64,000 nt of DNA from Eledone cirrhosa (GCA_964016885.1 OZ024755.1:22692001-22756000), one strand, 5' to 3'; positions 1 to 13,395 are shown, numbered from the stretch's first letter. Program-made: numbers and translations. Notes: generated by a model from the sequence alone, not told the origin.

Positions 1-599
1 ATGAAATGAGTGTTTTTCAAAAGTCGAAAAAAAAAATCTATATGAAATGTATGTTTCTAATAAGTCGAAAAAAAATTCTATATGAAATGTTTCTCAAAAG
101 TCGAAAAAAACTTCGATATGAAATATGATTTTGAAAAAAAAGAGTTAAATAAAGGGAGATAATTCTAACATTTTTGAGCAAAAGGGGGTAAGGCGGATTC
201 TCATCGTGGTCTAGGACGCAGGCCAGCATATAGCCAGCCTGCAAACATCCCAGCCGCCGTAGCCACGTGCACACCACAACGATTCGAACTTGGGATACAT
301 AGTATGGAAACGACACATACATACGTAGCCGACGACGTCCGAGCCGTTGCGCGCATCGCCACGCACAAGCCGCAATTCTACTAAGTAAAATAGATATATT
401 TATAGGTACAATTTTATTTACTTTTTTAAAAAAAAATATAGAAACGGAAAGGGAGATAACACGTCTCAAAATATATTCCGTTTCTATATATATAAAGTAA
501 TTTTGAACGTATATACGGAACAATTTTTATGGAAATAAATATACTTATGTCAAGCTGGTAACATATATATTACCTCCGTTTAGACGGCAGTCCAGCAAC

Positions 600-1260
600 A
601 TTATTGACTTGCTTCTTTCGCCCTCTTACCTGATACTGACCAGCTTTAGTTGGCCGTACGACATCCTATGGTACGTATACGCTATAAAACTGCTTCTTTG
701 GCCATAGGAGATACTATGTGAAGTATATGCTTCTCTCGCCCTCTAGGGTTCAGCTGGCCGTAGGAAATACTATGGGAAGTATGCATTCTAAAACTGCTTC
801 TTTCAGCCTCTGACCAGAGATTATCGTACGAGGGTTTAGCTGGCTGTAGAGGTTCCTACGAGATGTTTACACCCTCTAAACAAGCACTGATCATGGTTTA
901 GCTGGCCGTAGAGGATTCCACAAGAAGTATATGGCCTTAAACTGCTTATTTCACCATCTAACCTGGCATTGACCAAGGTTTAGCTGGCCGTAGAGGATAG
1001 TACGAGATGTTTACGCCCTTAAAGTGCTTCAATCGCCCTCTCATATGGAATTCACCAACTGTGGAGGAGGGTGGTTTAGCTAGCTGTAGAGGATCCTACG
1101 AGATGTTTACGCCTTTAAAGTGCTCATGTCCCTCTCCAACCTAGCATTGACTAAGAGAAGTAACTGGCCGTAGAGGTTCCCACGAGAAGTATACGTCCTT
1201 AAACTGCTTCAATCACCCTTTCACCTGGAATTGACCAACTATGAAGGACGGTGGTTTTGG
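600..1260. repeat. degenerate minisatellite, ~60-100 bp units
   Basis: about 8-9 recurrences of ttagctggccgtagagga..ctacgaga.gt.tacgc.cttaaa.tgcttc. Confidence 0.8.
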
Positions 1261-1892
1261 TGTGCCATGTAGGTATGGTTCTAACTGCTTACTAGGAGTG
1301 GCAGATTGACAATCAACTGCACACACGTGGAACAGACATAAGCAATGACAACATCATATCTGTCTTTAACCTGGATTGCTTTGGAAACGTAAGATAATGT
1401 AGCATGATCAATCTATCACGTAACAATGAGCACCATTGAAATACAACACTACATGGAGATGTTGCAGTAGCTAAACAAAACTATCGTTTCAATAATTATT
1501 GCTGACGTTTATGGAAGGAAATAAAACTTTACTTTACCTCCTTATAAATAGTAAAATCCAAGTTTTTAACGTTTTTCATTCGGGTTTGAAAAAAAAGAAA
1601 TTATTCCAGCGGCCATTTTGTTTTTGCGAAGCAGAATTAGGCCAATTACACATGCGCAAAAAAGTAGACATCAGTGCGCATGCGCAAAGTATTTAAACCC
1701 ATCGTGAGTTCGATTCTTTTTAGATTGTATACTTCCCATTTTATATATAGTATATTTATATTAATAATAAATAATTACTATATATATTAATACATACATA
1801 TATGTATATAATTGTATTTTTAAAAATATATGTATTTATACACATATATTTTATTAAATATATATAAATTATTTTCTTACTAGGAGCGGCAG

Positions 1893-2160
1893 ATTGACAA
1901 TCAACTGCACACACATCTTTGTAGCAGTTGACGATTATACTGCTATACCAGTCATTGTGTATGGCACGATTTTGTATCACTTGGTTTTCAATATGAGTGG
2001 CTATGGTGTGTCCCACCATCCTAGATGCTTTAAGCATCTCGGCAACTATCACCGAAGGTTCAGCTGCCTTGCCTGTCTTCATATCTTGATTGCCTTAATT
2101 ACTATACTACTGCTGACTTCTACAGCCAGTCCCTCTGTTGAGTTTACTTGAGGAAAACTA
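1893..2160 (-). mobile_element. RTE-clade LINE RT fragment
   Basis: MKTGKAAEPSVIVAEMLKAS...NQVIQN..I.NDW.SSIIVNCYK, closely similar to the 43.2-43.4 kb segment of the larger RTE. Confidence 0.9.
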
Positions 2161-2930
2161 TGTAATACAATAATGATGTATTTAAGTCTTTAGCATTTAA
2201 TTGCGGCCATAATTTTCTTGCCAAACCTTTGTTGTTTCATCATTTAGTTCCTGAAACATAAATAAACTCAACTCCTGCTGCGAAAACTGAGGTGCTCATC
2301 CTCTCAAGTAAGCCTGTACAGTGAACCCTACATGAAGCCAATAGAGAAGTTCAAGTATCCGGGGACAAGAATTACAGTAATGTGCCAGCTTCAGCAGACC
2401 CTAAGTTCGGGTATTGGATGCCGCCTGACTCCACTATGAGGAGGGACAGGCAGTTGGCCGCGCCAAACCCATCTAATAGCATAACCATAGTTTAGGGGAC
2501 CAGTACTGGATGACGCTGCTCTGAGGAAGGATCGGTGTGGAACCACTGAGTAAAACGTACTATAAAGAACGTAAGTGTATATGAAGTTTCTAAATAAAGA
2601 GGCTAAGAATGTTTTTGAAAATGTCGGAAAAAATAAAGGGAGGTAACTCTATCAAAGTAAGAAATGTCTCCCTTGAAAAGTGTCTTTAAAAAAAAGAAAA
2701 GAAACTAAGAATCTAGATGAAGTGTCTAAAAAAAAGAAATTAAGAATCTAAAAAAAGTCTTTAGCATTTAATTGCGACCCATCTCACAGCATAACCATAG
2801 TTTAGGGGACCAGTAATGGATGACGCTGCTCTGAGGAAGGATCGGTGTGGAACCACAGTATGGGAGCCTGGAACACAGATTTGGGGTCCTGGCACTGGAT
2901 GTCACCACTATGAGAATGGACATGTATTTG

Positions 2931-3255
2931 CATCCTGGTACATGTTGGATGGTCATTACTTTCCATCCTGGTACATGTTGGATGGTCATTACAGTCCTAC
3001 ACTTTCCATCCTGGTACATGTTGGATGGTCATTACAGTCCAACACTTTCCATCCTGGTACATGTTGGATGGTCATTACAGTCCAACACTTTCCATCCTGG
3101 TACATGTTGGATGGTCATTACAGTCCAACACTTTCCATCCTGGTACATGTTGGATGGTCATTACAGTCCAACACTTTCCATCCTGGTACATGTTGGATGG
3201 TCATTACAGTCCAACACTTTCCATCCTGGTACATGTTGGATGGCCATTACAGTCC
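2931..3255. repeat. 43-bp tandem repeat, about 7 copies
   Basis: unit actttccatcctggtacatgttggatggtcattacagtccaac at 2958, 3001, 3044, 3087, 3130, 3173, 3216. Confidence 0.97.
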
Positions 3256-3669
3256 GAGACTAGAGAGATCGTGGGACTATATCTTCATTCTTACATTTCA
3301 TATTTGGTAGGGTTTCTATGGGTGGGTGCCATTCCCAACACCAACCACTTTACAGAGTAGTGACCAAATCAGTATGAATCTCTATGGTGCACAGTCTCCA
3401 CCTCAGTGTGTTGATGTGGCTACAATCCTTCTTCTTCCTGAGCCAGGCTGCATCCTCTACCTCAACACCCTTCATTTCCAGAATGATCCCTTGTGCTGCT
3501 GGCATCACACCATACCTCATTTTTCTGTTGCCCAGCATTTCTATGAGAAAAATAATATTTTACCCGGCACCACCCTACAAAAATAAAGAAAATGTTATCA
3601 AAGACCTTAAACAAATACCTCCATATGAAAACAAGGGTAAAAATAAATTACATGAACGGATGTGAAGGA

Positions 3670-4135
3670 TGATCTTTTTAACTTGTTGAAGTCCTTCATT
3701 CTCAGTCGAAGAGAGGTAGTCATGGTTCTAGGACAGCATTCCTCACCGATGAGATGCCATCTGATGTACCACAGATATCTGTTCTTGGTCCCCTTTTGTT
3801 TGTGGCATATATTAATGACATAGATGCCAACTTAAAGAATGCCACAGTACTGAAATATGTAGATCACATCAAACTGTACCTTGAGATAAAAAGGACAGAT
3901 CCTGAACACTATAGATCTTTCCTGCAATCAGACCTGGACACAATGGATCACCGATTGGCAACTCAAGTTGGCTGTGCACAAATGTACCACCATGCGTTTA
4001 GGGAGGGAAAACCCAGCATCCACATACTCCCTCTTCAACACTAATATCAAGAAGTCTTCTTGTGAACGTGACCTGGGAATTACTGTCAGCAGCGATTTGT
4101 GTTGGACAAAACACGTCTCTAAAATTGTCAAGCAT
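3670..4135 (+). mobile_element. CR1/L2-like LINE RT fragment, frameshifted
   Basis: VPQ.SVLGPLLF..YINDI, KYVDHIKLY (decayed YADD box), LQSDLD, KCTTMRLG, ERDLGITVSSDL.W. Confidence 0.9.
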
Positions 4136-4339
4136 CCAGCCCACACTGTAAAGTGGACGTGTAGGCGCCACGAAAAAGCACCCAGCACTCACTGTAAATG
4201 AGGTTCGTGTTAGGAAGGGCATCCAGCTTAAGAAATCAAGCCAAATCAGTTCCTGTATGAGCAAGACATTGTCAGCCGAACAGACACTGCCCACAACAGG
4301 ACAACCCGTCTAACCCGTGCTAGCGTGGAAGAACGGACG

Positions 4340-4540
4340 TAAAACGGTGATAATGATTCTTTAAAACCTCCATGCTTCCTGAACTTCGCCAACACTACAC
4401 CTGCTATCCCCCCCCCCCTCCATACACATGTATTTCATGACTCATACACTGTTCATTTGCCTGAAATTTCAACATTATTCTATGTACTATACATTCACCT
4501 TTGATGAGTTGTTGTGCACTGTACACAATTATTTGTATTC
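4340..4540 (+). mobile_element. 3' end of the CR1-like LINE, after an intervening SINE/RTE tail at ~4135-4340
   Basis: FKTSMLPELRQHYT* plus a 3' UTR shared with the copy at 27800-28192. Confidence 0.7.
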
Positions 4541-5417
4541 AAAAAGTTTGTGTTGGTTGACAACGAAGTTCTATTGTTGTTGGTGGCTCGTTTTACTAAA
4601 ATATTACACAATACTAATAAATGTACATGAATATTAAAGGACCTTAGATTCAGTCTTACAATGTCATGAATGTTTTAGCTTGCCATTAAAAATATTTAGA
4701 AAGAAACACCAATATTTTCTGTTCAATGTGTAATTGGGGGTGTGTTTGTTTTCTCACGTTTTGTTTGGAATTTTTCCCTTTCGTTATTTCTCTCTATATT
4801 TATATATATTCACTTGTAAATCATATTGGTTAGATAAATTACTTATGGGCGTTGAAATAGTTAATATAATAAAGTTTAGTTTTGTAATAATTACGTGAAT
4901 ATCAAAAATTTCAAAGTCATCATTACAAATGCTACCTTTCAAAGTTAGTCACACATTCTCAGTCATGTTTTAGTATTTTCGCTGTGAAAATTTTTATTGA
5001 GTATAATTGATTTGGAACAAAGTTTAAATAAATTTTTATTTAATTATATAATTTTTGCAACAGAAAATAATAAAATTAAGCAACAAAAGTGAAGGAGTAG
5101 CCAATCCTAGACAGTGGTGGCCATAACTGGACTCCGAAACCAAAGGTTGCGCATACATGTTAAGTGTATGACATTTTGAATATATAGCGCATTACTGGTT
5201 CTATATTTTATCGACCTCGTAATTAAGATTAAAATGTTTATTTAAAAAAAATAGAAAGCGAAGGAAGCTGTAAAGCAGCTAGAATCTTGTTGAATCTTTT
5301 CGTATCCACCATGTACTCAAAGATTTTGTTTATAGATCTTAATAATATAGATTAGTTATTGGCTTGCCTAAAATATTTCCGATGACACCTGTGATGTGAG
5401 ATTAATTGACGCACTTA

Positions 5418-5575
5418 CAAGGTGTATCAAAAAGAATCTTCCGATTTCATTTTAACAAATAAACATATAATCATACGGTAACTTGTACAATACATGTCTA
5501 AACATAAAAGTTTTATTTACATTCTAATAAATGTTTAATATGCTCACCTCCGGCCATACAGTATTCATCTACATG
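5418..5575 (-). mobile_element. Tc1/mariner 3' end fragment
   Basis: TA followed by TIR-like caaggtgtatcaaaaagaatc; C-terminal CMAGGEHIKHLL. Confidence 0.55.
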
Positions 5576-7289
5576 GTAGTCGTAAAGACAGACCTCAATA
5601 TTTGAGATTATATTTAATATATAAACTAAGGTTACCTCAGCTCTAGCATCAGTCCTTCGTACTTCCCTTGGATCAAGCCAAACGGGGGCTGACGTCTGAA
5701 ACAAGCCCCAATACCAACAATTACACAAATAAGAATGATTTTGATATCCTACTTACTAGATATTCACACAAAGTGACATTAGAATTCTTGCCAAACCTGC
5801 TAGAAATAGCAGGCAAATATTTATCGCTCGCCACGTTTTATGCGAGGACACATTCGAAAATGTAGTTTTAGATAGCTATATATGGACATGTTGGTCAACG
5901 CTAGAATCTCATTGATTCTATATACATAAATCGGTTTTCAGGGGGACGTATACAGGTTATGGGAATTGTTCTTTCGTCCAGACAGCATTCTTTTCAAAAT
6001 AACGGTGTGTAACTTAATTATGTCCCCCGTGTAAGAATTTCGTATTACACCCCTCTCTCTATTATATATAAGGTTGCTGTTTACTTTTATTCACAGGTCA
6101 GACTCGGGGGACCAAGACATGTGTTTACATATACTAAGATCTAGACGTAATCAAAAGTGAATTGTTAATCTCTTCCTACACAAATAAAATATAAGAGATT
6201 GCATTCACGTGTCACAGCTAATTCAACCTCGTAATTCTTAGGAAACTTGGCTGCTATTTCTAGCAATCAGAGCGAACACGTAGGGACATGTTGCAGTTGT
6301 TTACTTTTATGAACGAGCATGTGTGTCATCGATGGAATTCCTGCCGTGACCATCCTGTGTTTATAGTATCTAGCTATCCACCACTATATCGTTGAATGCA
6401 CCTTTCGTTGTTTTAAGAGTGGGTTTAGAAGACAGAACATCTGTGGGTGAGGTGCTGGAGAATGTCTGAGTGGCTTTAAATTAATTAGCCACGGTTCCAT
6501 GAAATGAAGAAGCGAAAACACTTTGAAAAATAGCGGTGCCATAGTAATTATGATACCGATGTAGCGGTTTCATATTACCCTTGATTTACCTTCACCCCTA
6601 CCACCACAACGGTAATTTGATGTTCACTTTCTAGATTAATTACTGACAATATTAAAGGTATTTTGTGGAGGTTTAAAAGAATGAAAATTTCATTACAAAT
6701 GGAGGGGTACATTTTTTAACCCCAATAATAATGACTATTATTTAAAATACATTGTATAACATATGTATGCGCCCTTCTGGTGTAAAGTTCAACACGGCAG
6801 TACTGGCTGCCAGTTCGAACGTTTTATCTACTTGCTGGGCTGTCGAACGTCTCAGAAACTATATAAGTAGCTGGTAAAATGGTTTTCAAAGGGAAGTAAC
6901 TCATTCAAATATTTTTTAATGAGTTATTTCCCCCATTGACGGTAATTTTTTTTAAAATGGTTTTCTTATTGCATGTTTTTAATTGAAGGGAATTTCGTTA
7001 TTTAAAATAACATTTTAATGTTCTTTTTACTGGTCGTCTGCTGCCAATGATATTAAGAAAAGGCGTAAAGAGAGAGGAGTGGTAGGAGGTAGACATAACA
7101 ACTGTGGTCGGAACACTGGTGTTTGTTTTCAAAGAAGTGAAGACAACAAATTTTATTTGAATCTTAAAAATCTTATAAATTTTAATACAGAAGAGAAGCT
7201 TGGTAATTATAAATTGCTCAGAAAGCTGCGTGTTCGAATCACATCGGAATGTCACCAATTATGTGTGAACAATTTCGAGTTGCGTGCCT

Positions 7290-10200
7290 GAATGAGTCCA
7301 GGCAAGTTGAGTCCCAGTGTGGGTGAGTTTCATGTGTCGATAGCTGTTTTCATACCTAACCAGGTGAAAAGTGATAATGCAGAATCCCCACACGAATCAA
7401 GAACATGCATTATAGATAACAAAATGTTTGTGTGTAAAAAGGAATGATGTATGTTTGATGCAAAACGTGTATGCAGGCATATAATACAGTAAAAATCAAC
7501 ATTCATATACAACCTTAAAATATATATATATATAATCATAATTGTTCTAAACAACAAAAAGTTCAGTTTTTCTTTTCTCTGTATCACTTTTCTTTTCTCT
7601 GTATAAGAATGTTACCATTTCTTGCTAGGAAGCTAGCAGTGTTATCTGTTGTTGAAGATGATGACGAAGATAGCAAAGAAGAAGGCAACAAAGAAGAAGA
7701 CGAAGATGGCGAAGAAGATGAAGACGTCGACAACGAAGAATCACCGGGGTGACTTCAAGAGATCGCCCACGCAGATTTCACTACATTAGTTCCTCACCCA
7801 GTACGATGCAGAATCAGTAATCGATTGCAAAAGGGGTATCGAAATTTGATCACAGAAGCGTGTCCCAAAACAGATAATTTGTGGCCACTGCTCCCGTATT
7901 CCATGTGCAGAGAAATTTGGATTATGTTCTACAAATGACTATTTCTCTCGATGTATCATGCTTTCCCAGTGAGTCGGGGAAGTCATGACTGGATTGAGGT
8001 TTACGCTATGACATGAGTGTGTGCAATTTCAAGTTGCTTGCTTGAATGAGTCCAGGCGAGTTGAGTCCCAGTGTGGGTGAGTTTCATGTGTCGATAGCTG
8101 TTTCCATACCTAACCAGGTGAAAAGTGATAACGCAGAATCCCCACACGAATCAAGAACATGCATTATAGATAACAAAATGTTTGTGTGTAAAAAGGAATC
8201 ATGTGTGTTTGATGGAAAACATGTATGTGCATGCAGGCATATAATACAGTAAAAATCAACATCCATATACAACCTTAAAATATATATATATAATCATAAT
8301 TGTTCTAAACAACAAAAAGTTCAGTTTTTCTTTTCTCTGTATCACTTTCCTATTTTGAAATATCCTTGGTATAAGAATGTTACCATTTCTTGCTAGGAAG
8401 CTAGCAGTATTATCTGTTGTTGAAGATGATGACGAAGATGGCAAAGAAGAAGACAACAAAGAAGAAGACGACGACACAAGAAGAATATGAAGACGAAGAA
8501 GATGAAGACGATGACAAAGAAGAAGACGGCGACAACGAAGAAGATGGAGACGGCGACAACGAAGAAGATGAAGACGTCGACAACAAAGATGAAGACGTCG
8601 ACAACAAAGATGAAGACGTCGACAACAAAGATGAAGACGTCGACAACGAAGAAGAAGAAGACGTCAACAACGAAGAAGAAGAAGATGTCGACAACGAAGA
8701 AGAAGAAGACGGCGAAGAAGGTGAAGATGACGACGATGAAGATGACAACGAAGAAGACAAAGACGTCGACAACAAAGAAGATGAAGACGAAGAAGAAGAC
8801 AAAGACGTCGACAACGAAGAAGAATACGTCGACAACGAAGAAGATGAAGACGACGATGACGAAGACAAAGACGTCGACAACAAAGACAAAGATGTCGACA
8901 ACGAAGAAGAAGAAGACGAAGACAACGAAGAAGAAGAAGTCACAGTAAATATTCTGTAGAATCGAAGTTTGGTAAATAATTTGAAGTGAAGTTTTATAAT
9001 ATAGATGAGTAGCTTGGTAATTATTGATTTCTCAGAAAGCTGCGTGCTCGAATCAAGTCGTAATATCACCAATTATAGCGATTATTTGTTTGGTCAATGT
9101 TGGTAGTGGATTGTGTTGTGGTGTTGATTCGTTTGTTGCATGTGTCCTCACTTGTAGCTTGCTGTGTGGTCGCTGTTGTGGGATAGAGTGTGACCAACGG
9201 TTGCATGTGTGTAGGTAAGTGACTAAAAGTTCAATAAGATGATGATGATATGATAGTTCTTTGATCACCCAGAAAATGAATATATATAAATGAACCATTA
9301 TGACACCAAACTGCTTTATTATTAATTTATTGAAAATAACTCACACCGGAGCTATAAGAAAAATGGACAAGAATTATGTACATTATTTGTTTGTTTGTAA
9401 AAGTAGAATTAAATTGTATTTACCAAGAAAACTTCATAAACTTCACTGTCTTGGTTAAGAGAGAGGCCAAGAGAGAAATTGAGTGAAAGAGAGAGAGAAT
9501 AAGAGTCTGTAGGCCCCCAAGGGGTCTGTATAAAGCAAATGTTTTACATCGTTACTCTATCAAGAACTGCTCCGAACTGCCTTTTGCTTGGTCTAAGACA
9601 GACTATTTATATCTGTCACTTCTGTCCCCTGCCTTGAGAACCACCGGGGTGACCTCAAGAGATCGCCCACGCAGATTTCACTACATTAGTTCCTTACCCA
9701 GTACGATGCAGAATCAGTAATCGATTGCAAAAGGGGTATCGAAATTTGATCACAGAAGCGTGTCCTAAAACACATAATTTGTGGCCACTGCTCCCGTATT
9801 CCATGTGCAGAGAAATTTGGATAGAAAGAAAAAAAAATCTGTAAATATACAGAGTTGCGATCAACTCATCTATTTTAAACTGTTGTGTATGGATGGCTTA
9901 ACGTGCGAGGCTGTGCTCTCGGATTATGTTCTACAAATGACTATTTCTCTCGATGTATAATTTGTATCATGCTTTCCCAGTGAGTCGGGGAAGTCATGAC
10001 TGGATTGAGGTTTACGCTATGACATGAGTGTGTGCAATTTCAAGTTGCTTGCTTGAATGAGTCCAGGCGAGTTGAGTCCCAGTGTGGGTGAGTTTCATGT
10101 GTCGATAGCTGTTTCCATACCTAACCAGGTGAAAAGTGATAATGCAGAATTCCCACTCGAATCAAGAACATGCATTATAGATAACAAAATGTTTGTGTGT

Positions 10201-11530
10201 AAAAAGGAATCATGTGTGTTTGATGGAAAACATGTATGTGCATGCAGGCATATAATACAGTAAAAATCAACATCCATATACAACCTTAAAATATATATAT
10301 ATAATCATAATTGTTCTAAACAACAAAAAGTTCAGTTTTTCTTTTCTCTGTATCACTTTCCTATTTTGAAATATCCTTGGTATAAGAATGTTACCATTTC
10401 TTGCTAGGAAGCTAGCAGTATTATCTGTTGTTGAAGATGATGACGAAGATGGCAAAGAAGAAGACAACAAAGAAGGCAACAAAGAAGAAGACGACGACAC
10501 AAGAAGAAGATGAAGACGATGACGAAGATGAAGACGATGACGAAGATGAAGACGATGACGAAGATGAAGACGATGACGAAGATGAAGACGATGACAAAGA
10601 AGAAGACGGCGACAACAAAGAAGATGAAGACGGCGACAACAAAGAAGATGAAGACGGCGACAACGAAGAAGATGAAGACGGCGACAACGAAGAAGATGGA
10701 GACAACGAAGAAGATGGAGACGGCGACAACGAAGAAGATGAAGACGGCGACAACGAAGAAGATGAAGACGGCGACAACGAAGAAGATGGAGACAACGAAG
10801 AAGATGGAGACGGCGACAACGAAGAAGATGGAGACGGCGACAACGAAGAAGATGGAGACGGCGACAACGAAGATGAAGACGTCGACAACAAAGATGAAGA
10901 TGTCGACAACGAAGAAGAAGAAAACGTCGACAACGAAGAAGATGAAGATGGACATGTCGACAACGAAGAAGATGAAGACGTCGACAACGAAGAAGATGAA
11001 GACGTCGACGTCGACAACGAAGAAGATGAAGACGTCGACAACGAAGAAGATGAAGATGGACACGTCGACAACGAAGAAAATGAAGATGACAACAACGAAG
11101 AAGATGAAGACGGAGACGTCGACAACGAAGAAGATGAAGACGTCGAAAACGAAGAAGATGGAGACGTCGAAAACGAAGAAGATGAAGACGGAGACGTCGA
11201 CAATGAAGACGACAACAACGAAGAAGATGAAGATGGAGACGTCGACAAACAAGAAGAAGAAGACGTCGAAAACGAAGAAGATGAAGACGTCGACAACGAA
11301 GAAGATGAAGACGTCGACAACGAAGAAGAAGAAGACGTCGACAACGAAGAAGAAGAAGACGTCGACAACGAAGAAGAAGAAGACGTCGACAACGAAGAAG
11401 ATGAAGACGGAGACGTCGACAACGAAGAAGAAGATGAAGACGACAACGAAGACGACGAAGACGTCGACAACGAAGAAGAAGATGAAGACGACAACGAAGA
11501 CGACGAAGACGTCGACAACGAACAAGTAGC
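7290..11530 (+). repeat. triplicated unit (starts ~7290, ~8045, ~10056), each ending in a GAA/GAC/GAT/AAC/GTC triplet tract
   Basis: a ~370-bp leader is nearly identical in all three; copies 2 and 3 are offset by ~2011 bp; tract lengths are ~90, ~520 and ~1090 bp. Confidence 0.92.
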
Positions 11531-11739
11531 AACAAAATTGTTAAAACACTTCTGAAAATTGAGAAAATCTCGTTATACTTTATTATCAGATTAAGGAAAT
11601 ACAAAATATCTGTTTTTCTAAATATCATTTTCTTTGTATTAAGTCAAGAATGAAATTTGCAGAAATTTGATTTTTCCCCAACAAATTTTATACTCGACCA
11701 CCAATATATATTTTTTTTCTGGAACAATACATTTGTTCA

Positions 11740-11745
11740 TTTATT
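11740..11745 (-). terminator. candidate AATAAA polyadenylation signal of FLAD1
   Basis: TTTATT on + about 75 nt after the stop; a second one lies at 11579-11584; chance matches are likely in AT-rich DNA. Confidence 0.4.
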
Positions 11746-11818
11746 TTAGGATTTATAAAAATTCTATTTATAAAATGTTTTTCATCCAGTAACACAAAAT
11801 AAGGTGTAGTAAATATCA

Positions 11819-11957
11819 TCATACATTACGTCCATCACGTTCTTTTGTTGTATCTTTGAGTTCGTAGGCCGGTCGAAACTTTAAAATGCCAAATTTATCT
11901 GTATACTGCAGTACGGGGTTAGGATGCGTGTTGTTCATAGATCCAAGAGAGGTGTAC
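11819..11957 (-). CDS. FLAD1: FAD synthase last coding exon
   Basis: tttttacag|G TAC...GTA TGA; (G)YTSLGSMNNTHPNPVLQYTDKFGILKFRPAYELKDTTKERDGRNV*, with the conserved GYTSLG, RPAY and ERxGR motifs. Confidence 0.97.
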
Positions 11958-12689
11958 CTGTAAAAATAGATCAACAGAGATAATAGTTGTGAGCAGAGGC
12001 GTTACTCTATCAAGAACTGCTGGGTCTAAGACAGGTTATTTATATCTGTCGCTTCCTCTGTCCCCTGCCTTGAGAACCACCGGGGTGACCTCAAGAGATT
12101 GCCCACGCACAGACTTGTTTATGCCAAAAATGAGGTAGCTCAGAATTTGACCGTTAAATGTCACCCAGGGGTCAAAGTATGGACAGATTTCGCTACATTA
12201 GTTGCTCAACAAGATCGATGCAGGAGCAGTAATCGATTAAAAAAGGGGTAGCGAAATTTGATCACAGAAGTGTGTCCCAAAACACAAAATGTGGACACTG
12301 CTTACATATTCCATGTGCAGAGAAATTTGGAAAGAAAAAAAATTGTGTAAATGTGTGTGCATATGTGTGTGAGTGAGTGTGTGTGTGTGTGTAACATTTA
12401 AAAGAAGCTGTAAATATTCAGAGTTGTGATATACAGAGTTCATAGATCCAGAGTACATAGAGGTGTACCTGTAAAAATAGATCAGTGATAATACTTGTGA
12501 GCAGAGGCATAACCAGGGTATAGCACGTGCCACGGGCACCACATGAAGGGGGCGCTACTTGGACTAGGAGCACTTTCTATTAAAGTCAGATAAGCTGTCG
12601 TCAGCAGATAAAAAAAAGAACATTCTTCAGATGTATGATCTGTCTTTGATTGTCATGAGTGAGAAGCACTATGGTGGTTGGATCATGGG

Positions 12690-13186
12690 TGTCACGTTTG
12701 AGCATGAAAGAAGATATTGAATAATGAATGTACCTCTCTAAGACAATGTCACTGGATCAAGATCTTTGGCACCACACAGAAGACCCGCCTTCCCTACATG
12801 CAAAGTTAACCTACAGTCAGTAGGCCCCTCCTAACCAAATATACACCCCAACCCACTACCCCTACTCCATCCTCCCACTCCCACCAACACTACCCTTTCT
12901 CTGTAAAGTTATATTGGTACCACAACATCCAGTCCAAACTAAAGAGGTCGTGTAGGTGTCATGACAAAAAAACACACAGTCCTCGCTGTAATGTGGTCAT
13001 GTAGGAAACACGGTAAAAAGGCTCCCAGTCCACACTGTAAATGCGGTTGGTGTTAGGAAGAGCATCTAGCCGTAGAAAACCTGCCAGATAGCTATACGAG
13101 CGAGACACGGTCGTCCGATCAGTCTTGCCTCAAATGGGACAATTTCCTCTAACCCATGCTAGTGTGGAAGTTAAATGATGATGATG
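12690..13186 (+). mobile_element. RTE 3' end and tail with (GAT)n terminus
   Basis: ctaagacaatgtcactgga..gatctttggc matches 63.1 kb; ends in aacccatgctagtgtggaag..tgatgatgatga. Confidence 0.8.
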
Positions 13187-13395
13187 AGTCTAAGGTACAT
13201 TATTCTCAAAAATAGAAGCAATGATCATGGCTTTGATATCTTTAATTCAAGATAAGCAGTCAAACAACAAAATACAATACAGAAAGCAAATAAGAGAACA
13301 TCTACAGAGTATCAAGGCTCCTCAGAAAGAGAAACATTTTTATGCAGTGAGCTCATGTTTAAGAAGGTCAGTAGCTATACAATAACATAACTTAC

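Noticed and set aside
2816-3360. Overlapping ORFs and a regularly spaced array that could suggest CRISPR
   Set aside because: It is a head-to-tail 43-bp repeat with no unique spacers and no cas genes, in eukaryotic DNA.
8046-10263. Duplicated 68-aa Cys-containing ORF MSPGELSPSV...
   Set aside because: No recognisable domain, a stop in copy 1, and the identity is explained by recent duplication.
10267-11628. Ser-rich, Arg/Leu/Cys-rich, Phe/Val-rich and Lys/Thr-rich ORFs overlapping the acidic tract
   Set aside because: They are alternative frames of one triplet repeat with no independent support.
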